DNA of 64,000 bases from Bacillota bacterium (GCA_021791495.1 JAJYWN010000034.1:16140-80139), one strand, 5' to 3'; shown: positions 20,625 to 30,080, counted from the stretch's first letter. A program made the numbers and translations. The notes: a model not told the origin generated them from the letters alone.

Positions 20625-20709
20625 ACCTGGCCGTGCTACTGCTCCATGAAGGTAAGCGCGGGACCTTCGCGGAACAAGAGGAGGAAACCTCCAGAGAAGG
20701 GTGACCGCG

Positions 20710-21453
20710 ATGGCACAGATCAGAGATAACATCGGATTGACCTTTATCGAGGGCACCAAGCACCGCAAAGAGCCGTCGGACCAAATGAAAGGCCTGCCGC
20801 AACCCCCATTGGAGCGGGCGCCTAACCCCGATCAAACCGTCATCGACCTGCCCGATCCCGCCAAGGTCGAGGTCGGGCGCCTGGACCTCAGTCAGGCCAT
20901 TAACGAGCGGACAAGCCTCCGAAAATACAGTGATGCTCCTCTCTCGCTGGGTGAGTTGTCCTACCTCCTCTGGTCGACGCAAGGGGTCCGACAGGTCACC
21001 GCGCGACCCGCCACCCTCCGTACCGTCCCATCGGCCGGGTCCCGCCATCCCTTCGAGACCTACCTCCTGATAAACAGGGTCGAGGGGCTGCAGCCGGGCC
21101 TTTACCATTTTCACGGCATCCCGCACAAACTGGCGGTTCACGACCTGGACCCGGAACTGACCCAGAAGATCACTGCCGCGGGCGGCAATCAGGGGTTCAT
21201 CGCCGCCAGCGCCCTAACATTCATCTGGGTGGCCGACGTGTACCGTACCTTCTGGCGGTACCAGGAGCGGGGCTACCGGTATTTGTTTATCGACGCCGGG
21301 CACGTTTGCCAGAACGCCTACCTGGCGGCCCAGGCCATCGGCGGCGGGTGCTGCGCCATCGGGGCCTTCGACGACGATGAGATGGCTCGCTTGCTGGGCC
21401 TTGACGGCAGGGATCAAATGGTGGTTTACATGGCGGCGGTCGGGAAGCGGTAA
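20710..21453 (+). CDS. SagB/ThcOx-like nitroreductase-family oxidoreductase
   Basis: R.S.R.Y, RTVPSAG..HP, Y.ERGYRY...DAGH..QN, GAFDD. Confidence 0.9.
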   Translation: MAQIRDNIGLTFIEGTKHRKEPSDQMKGLPQPPLERAPNPDQTVIDLPDPAKVEVGRLDLSQAINERTSLRKYSDAPLSLGELSYLLWSTQGVRQVTARPATLRTVPSAGSRHPFETYLLINRVEGLQPGLYHFHGIPHKLAVHDLDPELTQKITAAGGNQGFIAASALTFIWVADVYRTFWRYQERGYRYLFIDAGHVCQNAYLAAQAIGGGCCAIGAFDDDEMARLLGLDGRDQMVVYMAAVGKR

Positions 21454-21490
21454 GCCGCGCTGGGTGAAGCTGAGTGGTGAGCTGAGCTAG

Positions 21491-22081
21491 ATGGGGCAGG
21501 AAAGGTGGCCGTCCAGGTCTCCGTCAGAGGATCACCGGCGCCGTTGGCGGGCCACTCCTCGCTTGGGTGTCGTCTTGGCGCTGCTGTTCTTGGTCGGTCT
21601 GGCAGTCGGGGTCGTGTCTGTCTCGTGGCAGCCGGTGGCCGACGGCCAAAAGGAGACGGTGGACGAGGCCGCCCGGGCCTTCGCCCAGAACCCGCGTCGC
21701 ATTGAGGCCGTCATTGACCGGAAGAAAGCCACGGCTGTCGTGCAAATTTTCGAAGACGGCAAGGTGGCGGCGACCTTCAACGGTCGCTCCGGCTCGGGCG
21801 CGCCCGGGGAGGAGACACCCTCCGGCTACTACCGCGTGACGGCACATCTCGGGACTATCCATACCGCCCTGTACCGCGCCACCTACGGACACGAGTTTAT
21901 CCTGAAATACTTCCTGCAGTTCCAAGGGGACTACGGGTTCCACGCCTATAAGATCAACGACCAGACCATGCGGGTCGAACCCGACGCCACCCACGGATGC
22001 ATCGCGTTCAGCGAGGCCGACGCCAAGCGCCTCTACGACTGGGCCACCGAGGGTACACCGATACGCATCACCGGCAAGTGA
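21491..22081 (+). CDS. L,D-transpeptidase (YkuD) family, membrane-anchored
   Basis: TP.G.Y, YGFH, THGCI catalytic His/Cys; N-terminal TM. Confidence 0.85.
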   Translation: MGQERWPSRSPSEDHRRRWRATPRLGVVLALLFLVGLAVGVVSVSWQPVADGQKETVDEAARAFAQNPRRIEAVIDRKKATAVVQIFEDGKVAATFNGRSGSGAPGEETPSGYYRVTAHLGTIHTALYRATYGHEFILKYFLQFQGDYGFHAYKINDQTMRVEPDATHGCIAFSEADAKRLYDWATEGTPIRITGK

Positions 22082-22100
22082 GGCCGGCCGTCGGAGGTGC

Positions 22101-23294
22101 TTAGGAGGCCGAGGAGGCCGAGGAAGCCGCTCTCTTCACGGCCGCCGGTGCAACTCTCAGAAGCCCCAGGGTGGCGGCGGCGCTGACCAGTCCGATCAGC
22201 CCCAGCGTCCAGAAGCCCTGGGTCAGCCCGACGGTGTCGGCGATGAGGCCGACGATCATGGGGCCGATGAACATGCCGAAAGCGTACATGGCCTGGAAGA
22301 TACCCATGGCCGTTCCCCGTTTCTCCGCGGCCACGTCCTTGATGCTGATGCCCATCAGGAGCGGAAGGACCAGCCCACGGCCGAAGCCGCCGATGCCCTG
22401 CGATATGTAGAGCGACTCGACGCTGTGGGCGAAAGGGACCGCGATGGCTGAGAAGGCCAGGATCGCGAAACCGAAGGAGACCGTGAACGCTTCCCCCAGC
22501 TTCTTCGCGAACCACGACCCGCTCAAGGCCGACGAGACGGCCATGGGCACGGTGGCGATGGTGGTGAGGATGCCCAGTTGGAAGTCCGTGGCCCCAAGGT
22601 CTTTCGCCGCCACCGGGGCAAATCCGTAAACGGTGCCGTAGGCCACGATCTGGACGGCGATGCCCAACCCCGAGACCGAAAGCAGGTGCCGGTCCGCACC
22701 CACCTTCAGCAGGTCTTTGGCGGACCGGGGCTTGCTCGTCGGACGGACCTCGAGAGTGGCAAGGCTCATAGCCAGGCCGATGGCCCCGCCCACGGCCCCA
22801 AGGAGGAACGGCGTCCGCTGGCCGGAGGCTGCCGCCACAATGCCGCCTAGGAATGTCCCGCACATCTGGCCGACGAAATTCAGGGAGTTCAGGATGCCGA
22901 TAGCCTTAGGGGCTTCGGCCGGATCGAAGTAGCTGGCGTAGAGGACCGTAAAGGCCAGCCACGCCGCGGCTCCCACGCCCGACAGGAAGCGGAAGACCAA
23001 GAGCCAAAAGGGGTCGGATGAGGCGAAGAGGCCCAGGCCGCTGACGACTGCGAGGACTAAGCCCGCGACCACGAAGGCTTTCCGGCGGCGCAGGGTGTCG
23101 GAAAGGACGCCCATGGGCAGGCGGACCGCCATCTGCGCGAAACCGTATGAGCCGGCGATGAGGCCCACCATCTTGTACGACGCGCCCATGGACTTGGCGT
23201 AAGGTGACAGTATGGGGACGTAGGCGTAATAGGAGAACCAGTAGAGGGTGGTCACTAGCCCGAAAAGGATAGTGTGCTTGCCGCGTCCACGCAT
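22101..23294 (-). CDS. MFS transporter
   Basis: ~12 TM; G.LSD...RRK, RG.AMG.FQ motifs. Confidence 0.9.
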   Translation of the reverse strand: MRGRGKHTILFGLVTTLYWFSYYAYVPILSPYAKSMGASYKMVGLIAGSYGFAQMAVRLPMGVLSDTLRRRKAFVVAGLVLAVVSGLGLFASSDPFWLLVFRFLSGVGAAAWLAFTVLYASYFDPAEAPKAIGILNSLNFVGQMCGTFLGGIVAAASGQRTPFLLGAVGGAIGLAMSLATLEVRPTSKPRSAKDLLKVGADRHLLSVSGLGIAVQIVAYGTVYGFAPVAAKDLGATDFQLGILTTIATVPMAVSSALSGSWFAKKLGEAFTVSFGFAILAFSAIAVPFAHSVESLYISQGIGGFGRGLVLPLLMGISIKDVAAEKRGTAMGIFQAMYAFGMFIGPMIVGLIADTVGLTQGFWTLGLIGLVSAAATLGLLRVAPAAVKRAASSASSAS

Positions 23295-23514
23295 GGTTGT
23301 GTGATTGGGCCCCCAGTGATCGGATTTCGCCTATATGAGAGGCGAGACTTCTCTGGTACGGGCCAGATACCTGCCGCACAAGGGTACAACCCGAAGGCCG
23401 GCGAAGACGGCAAAGCCTGCGCGAACCGCCCGAGTTTGTAAGAGCCGTCCAGACGGTGGCGACGCGCTCCCCGAAGTGCTCCGTTTCGCTCGCTATTGAG
23501 AGGAGGCACTTTCC

Positions 23515-23631
23515 ATGGACCTGAAGTCAACAGATGAGAAGCACCCTGAGCTCCGCCAGGCACTGGAGCGGAACGTTTTCGAGAACCACATGCTTTCTGT
23601 CCTGGCTAGACTGGCATCAGCCTCTACCTAG
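23515..23631 (+). CDS. Possible 38-aa small ORF or gene remnant
   Basis: AGAGGAGG RBS upstream of ATG; MDLKSTDEKHPELRQALERNVFENHMLSVLARLASAST. Confidence 0.3.
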   Translation: MDLKSTDEKHPELRQALERNVFENHMLSVLARLASAST

Positions 23632-23668
23632 CAGATATCGGCGGCTCTACGCCAGGTCCGCGGGGAGA

Positions 23669-24457
23669 CTAGACAGACCATTTCTCTATGGCCGACAAGA
23701 CCTGCCTTGCGTTCCAGGGAAGAAGCTCAACGGAGGCTTCCCTTACTGGCCGAGGAACAGCTCCGCCGGATTTTGGGACCATGCCAAGAATGGGCTTGCC
23801 GAAAGCCGCCGCCAAGTCCATCTCTCTTCTAATGACCCTTGGATCAGTGACGAAGATGTCAGACAGGACCACAAAACAGCTGATATCAGTCAACTGCTTA
23901 GTCAGAATGCTGTCCAGGTTCTCTATCGTTTGGGAGGCAGGATAGGGTTCCGGCACGCCGCCCCACTCCAGTCTATATCCTGGGGTCGATCTCAGGAGTT
24001 GCAGGAAGTAGTCATGGAAGACCTCACGTTTCCAGGCATGGCTGACAAAGAGCTTCGCACAAGTAGAAACTGCGGCCACGCCGGCTGGCAGTTCCGTAGG
24101 TGCATTGCTCACCACCCCATATGGCGTCGAACTCTCGCTAAGGCGCAAAGAGTCCCCTGGGAGGCTACCCATCTCCCGGGTGATGCCCTCAGCTATCCAC
24201 ATCCGCAGTAGGGACTGGTAGCCCAAAGACCGCCGATTGGCAATGTCTCTAGCTGCTCTCAACTGCTCGGGAGCTAAGCGGAATGTCACAGGTTTCTTGG
24301 CCATCTTTTTCAAGATGCGGTTCTCCAAGGCCGGGTCCAGTTCCAAGTGGACCTCGCCGTCTTCTAACTCAACATCCGTGATGGAATGGGTGGATCAGAA
24401 ATCCGCTTCCTCCGCTTCAGACTTGAACTCAGGAACGGGTATCTTCTTCCTGGCCAT
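23669..24457 (-). pseudogene. CopG/BrnA-type antitoxin fused to an MTH538/ThsB-like TIR domain; in-frame TGA at codon 21
   Basis: PEFKSEAEEADF*STH and RHH (VTFRL...LGYQSLLRMWI) followed by LFVSHAW...REMDLA...GKPILG...P.PV...WN...AI. Confidence 0.75.
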
Positions 24458-24550
24458 TTACTCCCTCTCCCTGCGGAACCAGACTTTTTCCCTCGGGGTC
24501 ATGTTCCTAACCGTGATGACTCGCACCTTACCATCCACCACCAAAGCCAT
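24458..24550 (-). pseudogene. BrnT-like toxin C-terminal remnant
   Basis: KVRVITVRNMTPREK.WF resembles the BrnT C-terminus (RVISAR..T..E); TAA-ATG coupled to the antitoxin. Confidence 0.6.
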
Positions 24551-24580
24551 AGTACGCCCGACGTATTGACAACGTCAATA
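24549..24580 (-). promoter_or_regulatory. Putative sigma-A promoter with overlapping palindromic operator
   Basis: TTGACG-18-TACTAT on the minus strand; inverted repeat TATTGAC-aac-GTCAATA at 24564-24580. Confidence 0.55.
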
Positions 24581-24644
24581 TAATGCGTTCGACAAAGAAG
24601 GATGGGGAGACTGGCGCGGGGGAGGAAAAGCAGTACCCAGAGGA

Positions 24645-26144
24645 CTAGACCCGGCGCGTCTTCCAACGGCCGCTGCGGAATCTCGCGTAGATGAAGACCG
24701 CCCGCACCGACTGGTCGATGTCGAAAGCGGCCCAGGCGCCTTTGACGCCCCAGTGCCAGCCGTGTACGAACACGACCGCCAAGACGACCCGCAGCCCCAG
24801 CACGGTAACCAGTGTCGAGACGAAAGGCCAGACCGTGTCGCCCGCACCCCGTAACCCGCCCGACAGTATCTGCTGGTCCGTCTGGCCGATGAGGCCGAAG
24901 GTGCCCACTTGGAGAGCGATGACACCCGCGGCGATGACCACGGCATCGTTGGTGTACAGACGCATGATCAAGGGAGCGGCGGTGAAGAAGAGGACGATAA
25001 GGGTAACCGAGGAGATGACGCCGAAGCGGTGCGCTTCCCAGCCGCTGCGCTCCGCCTCGCGCGGACGCTTGGCGCCTAGATTCTGCCCGACCAGTGTGGT
25101 CGCGGCCACGCCCAGCCCCTGCCCGGGCATCATCGTCAGGTTCATGATGTTCTGCACGATCTGGTGGGCGGCGAAACCTTCGGTGCCCAGACCGGCCATG
25201 ACCTTGGTCAAGATGGTGAAGCCCGTCCGGAACACCATCTGTTCGCCGGCCGCCGGCAGCCCCAAATTGGCGATGCGCCGCAAAATGCCCCAGTTCAGCT
25301 TATAGGAGCCCTTCAGCGAGAACCGGAGGACGTGCTTGCCGCTCATAATGGTACTGGCCGCGAGGCAGAAGGCCACGAAGCGCGCCATCCCGGCCGCCAC
25401 GGCGGCGCCCACCGCTCCCAGGGCGGGCAGTCCGAACATCCCGTAGATCAACGGGAAGCCGAACACCACGACCAGCGCATCGGCGGTCATGTTCACCCGC
25501 ATTGGGGTACGCGTATCGCCCGAGCCACGGAGGGTTGAGTTTATGCTGAGGGTCAACGTGTTGAAGGCCAGTGTGGCCATGATAATCTGGCAGTACCGCG
25601 TCGCCACGTCGACGATGTCCGGGCCCGCGCCCATAAAAAGCACCAGATCGCGCGAGAAGACGTACCCAAGGACCGAGAAGGCGATGGCCAAAAGGACATT
25701 GATCAGAATGGTCTGTCTGGTGACCTCGTTGGCTTCTTCAGGGTTATCGGCGCCGATGGCACGGGCCACCATGGCGGTGGCGCCCACGTTCAGGGCCTGA
25801 AAGACGGCCAGAGCAAGGAAAACAGGCTGCGTGGTGATGCCGACCGCCGCCACGGCCGCCGGACCCACGCGGCCGACCATGATGAGGTTGATGACTTGGA
25901 TGAAGCTGGAAAAGGCCATCTCGGCCACGGCGGGCAGGGCCAGGTCGAGGACCCGCCGGCGGATGGCTCTCGTAGAAGCTTCGGCGGTTGCATCGCCGTC
26001 GCGGGGCCGAAGGTTTGGCTTTATTGTAGTGGTCGAGAGTGTGTAAGGCTCCGCCAGACCGACGCCGCTGGGGATGGCGCAGCTTGCGGTGGCACTGTCG
26101 GCGCGCTCTGCTTCAGGCACGGTGTGTGTGTCGTGTTCAGCCAT
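24645..26144 (-). CDS. MATE family efflux transporter
   Basis: LA.P, LRGSGDTRTPM, G.AAHQI, LRGAGDT, RF.S..W motifs. Confidence 0.93.
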   Translation of the reverse strand: MAEHDTHTVPEAERADSATASCAIPSGVGLAEPYTLSTTTIKPNLRPRDGDATAEASTRAIRRRVLDLALPAVAEMAFSSFIQVINLIMVGRVGPAAVAAVGITTQPVFLALAVFQALNVGATAMVARAIGADNPEEANEVTRQTILINVLLAIAFSVLGYVFSRDLVLFMGAGPDIVDVATRYCQIIMATLAFNTLTLSINSTLRGSGDTRTPMRVNMTADALVVVFGFPLIYGMFGLPALGAVGAAVAAGMARFVAFCLAASTIMSGKHVLRFSLKGSYKLNWGILRRIANLGLPAAGEQMVFRTGFTILTKVMAGLGTEGFAAHQIVQNIMNLTMMPGQGLGVAATTLVGQNLGAKRPREAERSGWEAHRFGVISSVTLIVLFFTAAPLIMRLYTNDAVVIAAGVIALQVGTFGLIGQTDQQILSGGLRGAGDTVWPFVSTLVTVLGLRVVLAVVFVHGWHWGVKGAWAAFDIDQSVRAVFIYARFRSGRWKTRRV

Positions 26145-26305
26145 GTGTTCTGCTCTGAGCTCTTTTCCCCGAAAAACTACAAAAACGGCTTCTTCGCTTA
26201 GCGAAAGAAAAGTCCTCCCGCAGCGTTATGTCTAAATTGCTGGTTCTTCACCCAGAAGACCTGCGCTTCCAGGTGTAGCGGGTACCCTTGCGATTGGTTG
26301 GATGG

Positions 26306-27721
26306 TCAAACCCGGGCGTACCGCCAACGATCGCTTCTAAACCGGAAGTATAGGAAGAGCCCGCGGGCGGCTTGGTCCACGTCCCAGGCGATCCACGCTC
26401 CCACCACACCCACGTGCCAGATCTGGACCAGGAGCACCGCCAGGGTGACGCGGATCCCCAGGACCGAGAAGAAGGTGGAGTAGAGAGGCCAGGCCGTATC
26501 CCCCGCGCCGCGCAGGCCGCCCGAAAAGATCTGTTGCCCCGTTTGCCCAGGCAGCCCCAGGGTTCCCACTTTCAAGGCGATCACACCGCTGGCGATGACA
26601 ACGGCGTCGTCGGTGTAGAGCCGCATGATCCACGGCGCCCCGAAGAAGAAGAGCGCGGCGATGGCCGCCGAGATATACAGGCCATACCTGTGGGCTTCCC
26701 ACCCGCTGCGTCCGGCGGCCTCGGGTCGGCGTGCCCCCAAACCCTGCCCCACCAGAGTGGTGGCCGCCACTCCCAACCCCTGGCCCGGCATCATGGTGAG
26801 GTTCATGATGTTGGTCACGATCTGGTGGGCGGCGAACCCTTCCGTGCCCAGGCCGGCCATGACCCTTGTCAAGATGGCGAAGCCGGTGCGGAAGACCATC
26901 TGCTCACCGGCGGCGGGCAGGCCGAGTCTGGCCACGCGCCGCAGGGTACGGAAATCCAGGGTGTAACGGCCCCGCGAGGCGAAGTGCAACGCGTACCTGC
27001 CGCTCAGGACCGCCCCCGCCGCCAGGCTGAAGGTGACGAAGCGGGCGATGCCGGCGGCGATGCCGGCGCCGAGGACGCCCAGAGCGGGGAGGCCCAGCTT
27101 GCCGTAGATGAGGGGATAACCCAGAATGACCACCAGGATATTGGCGATCATGTTCACGCGCATGGGAGTCCTGGTGTCGCCGGCCCCGCGCAAGGTAGAG
27201 GTGATGCTCATGCTCAGGGTATTGAAGGCCAGGGTGGCCATGATGATCTGGCAGTAGGTGGTGGCGGAATCCACAATGTCGGGGCCGGCACCCATCAGGA
27301 GGACTAGGTTACGGGAAAAGAAGAAGCCCAGGACGGACAGCCCGGCCGACAAGAGTACGTTCACCAGGATGGTCTGGCGCGTCACCCAGTTCGCTTCGTC
27401 CCAGTTACCGGCCCCCACGGCCCGGGCCACCATGGCCGTGGCGCCGACGTTCAGAGCCTGGAACACCGCCAACGCCAGGAAAACGGGCTGGGTGGTGATG
27501 CCGATGGCCGCCACGGCGGCCGGGCCCACGCGCCCTACCATGACCATGTTGATCACCTGAATGAGGCTGGAGAAGCCCATCTCGGCGATGGCGGGCCACG
27601 CCAGTTCCAATACCTGGCGGCGGATGGCCCGGGGCGTCGGTTCGCCGGGGCCGGGAGTCGGAAGCCCGCCGGAGGGGTTTGATGGGACTTCTGGGACAGA
27701 TTCCGTTTCGTTGTTGGCCAT
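26306..27721 (-). CDS. MATE family efflux transporter (paralog of neighbour)
   Basis: Same motifs; long identical stretches shared with 24645-26144. Confidence 0.93.
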   Translation of the reverse strand: MANNETESVPEVPSNPSGGLPTPGPGEPTPRAIRRQVLELAWPAIAEMGFSSLIQVINMVMVGRVGPAAVAAIGITTQPVFLALAVFQALNVGATAMVARAVGAGNWDEANWVTRQTILVNVLLSAGLSVLGFFFSRNLVLLMGAGPDIVDSATTYCQIIMATLAFNTLSMSITSTLRGAGDTRTPMRVNMIANILVVILGYPLIYGKLGLPALGVLGAGIAAGIARFVTFSLAAGAVLSGRYALHFASRGRYTLDFRTLRRVARLGLPAAGEQMVFRTGFAILTRVMAGLGTEGFAAHQIVTNIMNLTMMPGQGLGVAATTLVGQGLGARRPEAAGRSGWEAHRYGLYISAAIAALFFFGAPWIMRLYTDDAVVIASGVIALKVGTLGLPGQTGQQIFSGGLRGAGDTAWPLYSTFFSVLGIRVTLAVLLVQIWHVGVVGAWIAWDVDQAARGLFLYFRFRSDRWRYARV

Positions 27722-27814
27722 GGACCTTTGCCCGTATATTTCCTCGTATGGTCTTTTATGCCAGCGTGCTATGGGTCGGGTGTTTCGCCCTCGGCGTGGG
27801 AAGTCCTCCAGGCG

Positions 27815-27844
27815 TTGACATCTTCCGGGCGACTGGTGTAACAT
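27815..27844 (+). promoter_or_regulatory. Sigma-A promoter of the T-box leader
   Basis: TTGACA-18-TAACAT just upstream of the T-box. Confidence 0.7.
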
Positions 27845-27873
27845 CTGAAACAATACAGGTCACAAAGAGCTAC

Positions 27874-28253
27874 AAGGCGATGATCAGGAGAGTAAGTTGC
27901 CGCCGCCGCCAAAAGCGAGAGGCCGAACGGTGCGAGGGACTCCGGCGAGGCGATTGAAGTTCACCTGTGAGCCGCGGGCTGAAACAGGGATCCGCCATCG
28001 GCGGTGACTTGGAGTAGGATCCGACGGGTTCCCCCGTTACCGGGACAGGACATACGGTCGGCGAAAGCGGTTCTATGGCTCAGTCGTCCGGCCCGTGTCT
28101 GAGGAGTTGGGCTGGGAACCGGCAACCGATTGCCGGCAACCGGCGCGTTCTCTGCTTTCCAGGGGTGAAGGCGTCGGGAAGCGCATTCCGGCCAAACAGG
28201 GTGGTACCGCGGGTGAGTAGGATGCCCGTCCCTTTCGAGGGACGGGCTTTTTG
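27874..28253 (+). promoter_or_regulatory. T-box riboswitch, Phe (UUC) specifier
   Basis: Stem I AGTA ... GAAG-TTC-A (27960-27962), CCGTTA F-box, T-box AACAGGGTGGTACCGCG (~28195-28211), terminator GCCCGTCCC-TTTCGA-GGGACGGGC-TTTTT. Confidence 0.92.
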
Positions 28254-28296
28254 CTGGAACGAATCGATTTCCACAGTTACTGGAGGGGTAAAGTCC

Positions 28297-29135
28297 ATGG
28301 GGTTTTGAGGCTTGGAGCATACGCAGGTGAACCGGGCGGGTACGATGAGGCGGCGGCCATCTTTCTACAAGACAACGGGCACGACCGCGGTTTGACCGTA
28401 CCATGTCGGACGATGGCCGAAGTTTTCGCCCGGGTCGGTGACGGGTCGGCGGTCTACGGCGTCGTCCCGGTGGATAACTCGCTCGCCGGCAGCACGGGGG
28501 AATCCTACGATCTCTTGTTGGGTGCCGCCGGCGCCCTGACCATCACCGGCGAGACCGTGGTGAATGTCGATCACTGTCTGCTCGGGCTGGTAGGGACCCG
28601 GTTGGACCGCGTCAGAGAAGTGCGCGGGCACCCGCGGGACCTGGCCCAGTGCGAGCCCTATCTGGCTCAGCTGGGAGTCGAACTGGTGCCGCACTACAGC
28701 GCCGAGGGCGCTGCCAAACATGTCAAGATGTGGGGTTCGCCCGAAGTGGCCGCCGTCGGTCCGGCGGCGGCGGCCGCCGTCTATGGCCTCAGCATATTGG
28801 CCAGCGGTGTGCAGACCAACCCCCACAATTTCACCCGCTACGTCCGCATCGAGCCGGCTTCGCGGCCGCGCGGGGAGCGTAACAAGACCGTGCTGGCTCT
28901 GGGCTTGGAGCACACTCCCGACTCGCTCTTCCTGGCCTTGTCTTCAGTCGCCTGTCGAGGCATCAACCTGACGAAGATCGAATCCCGTCCCATCCAGCGC
29001 GACCCATACCAGTTCATTTTCCTCTTGGAGTTCGAAGGGCACATCGATGACTGGCAGGTCAAGCAGGCCCTGGATGAACTCAAGGCCAAGACCACCATGC
29101 TGCGGGTCCTCGGCTCATACGCGGTGGGAGAGTGA
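28297..29135 (+). CDS. pheA: Prephenate dehydratase-like protein with ACT domain (divergent; the ATG with an RBS is one base out of frame)
   Basis: VPVDNS, HP..LAQC, N.TRY, INLTKIESRP motifs; lies under a Phe T-box. Confidence 0.8.
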
Positions 29136-29140
29136 GCCCC

Positions 29141-29983
29141 ATGGGAAAAGTACAGCCTTTCAGGCTGGCCAGCCGCCAAGTGTGGCCAGGCCAGACCGTG
29201 GTGGATTGCGGCGGAGTGAAGTTCGGCGGTGAGAAAGTGGTCTTGATCGCCGGGCCGTGCACCGTGGAAAATCTCGACATGTTGCTGGAGGCTGCACGCG
29301 CGGCCAAAGCGGCCGGGGCGGTGATGCTCCGGGGCGGTGTGTTCAAGCCGCGCACCTCGCCGTACAGTTTCAAGGGACTGGGCGAGGAAGGGCTGGCGCT
29401 GCTGGCTGAGGCCCGGCGGCAGACCGGTCTCCGGGTGGTGACGGAAGTCATGGAGCCCGAGGAGGTCGGAGCGGTGGCCGCTCACGCGGACATGCTCCAA
29501 ATCGGGACGCGCAGCATGTCAAACTTCAGTCTTCTGAAGGAAGTGGGCCGGCAGCGAAAGCCGGTGATGCTGAAGAGAGGCATGATGTCGACCTTGAGCG
29601 AGTGGCTCCAAGCTGCCGAGTATATCATGACCTACGGAAACACACAGGTGGTCCTGTGCGAGCGCGGCATCCGGACCTTCGAAACCTATACCCGTAACAC
29701 GCTGGATCTCAGCGCGGTGCCGGCGGTCAAGGCCATGAGCCACCTACCGGTCATGATCGACCCCAGCCACGGCACCGGGCGGAGCGACTTGGTGACCCCC
29801 ATGGCCATGGCGGCCGTGGCGGCGGGCGCCGACGCGGTGATGGTCGAAGTCCATCCGGAGCCGGCCAAAGCCCTTTGCGACGGGGACCAGTCTCTTGACC
29901 CACGCCAGTTGGACCGGTTGGCAGAGCGCTTGGCGGCCGTGGCGGGTGCCGTGGGGCGCCGGCTACATGAGCCTGTGGCCTAG
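29141..29983 (+). CDS. aroF: DAHP synthase type I-beta (catalytic barrel only)
   Basis: IAGPC, KPRTSPYSF.G, QIG.R, LCERGIRTFE, DPSH. Confidence 0.95.
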   Translation: MGKVQPFRLASRQVWPGQTVVDCGGVKFGGEKVVLIAGPCTVENLDMLLEAARAAKAAGAVMLRGGVFKPRTSPYSFKGLGEEGLALLAEARRQTGLRVVTEVMEPEEVGAVAAHADMLQIGTRSMSNFSLLKEVGRQRKPVMLKRGMMSTLSEWLQAAEYIMTYGNTQVVLCERGIRTFETYTRNTLDLSAVPAVKAMSHLPVMIDPSHGTGRSDLVTPMAMAAVAAGADAVMVEVHPEPAKALCDGDQSLDPRQLDRLAERLAAVAGAVGRRLHEPVA

Positions 29984-30048
29984 CTCCACGGCAAACCCGT
30001 GGGGCTGTGGATGAGCATGGGACAGCGAAGCGCATGAAAAAGGATGGA

Positions 30049-30080
30049 AAAAGGGCTCCCCTATCTGGGGAGCCCTTTTT
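30049..30080. terminator. Bidirectional intrinsic terminator
   Basis: AAAAAGGGCTCCCC-TATCT-GGGGAGCCCTTTTT. Confidence 0.8.

Noticed and set aside
20710-21453. SagB-like oxidase as part of an azole RiPP cluster
   Set aside because: No YcaO or precursor peptide nearby; standalone members of this family are common.
24395-24397. Selenocysteine at the TGA of the antitoxin-TIR gene
   Set aside because: The position corresponds to a conserved Trp, not Cys, and no convincing SECIS hairpin follows.
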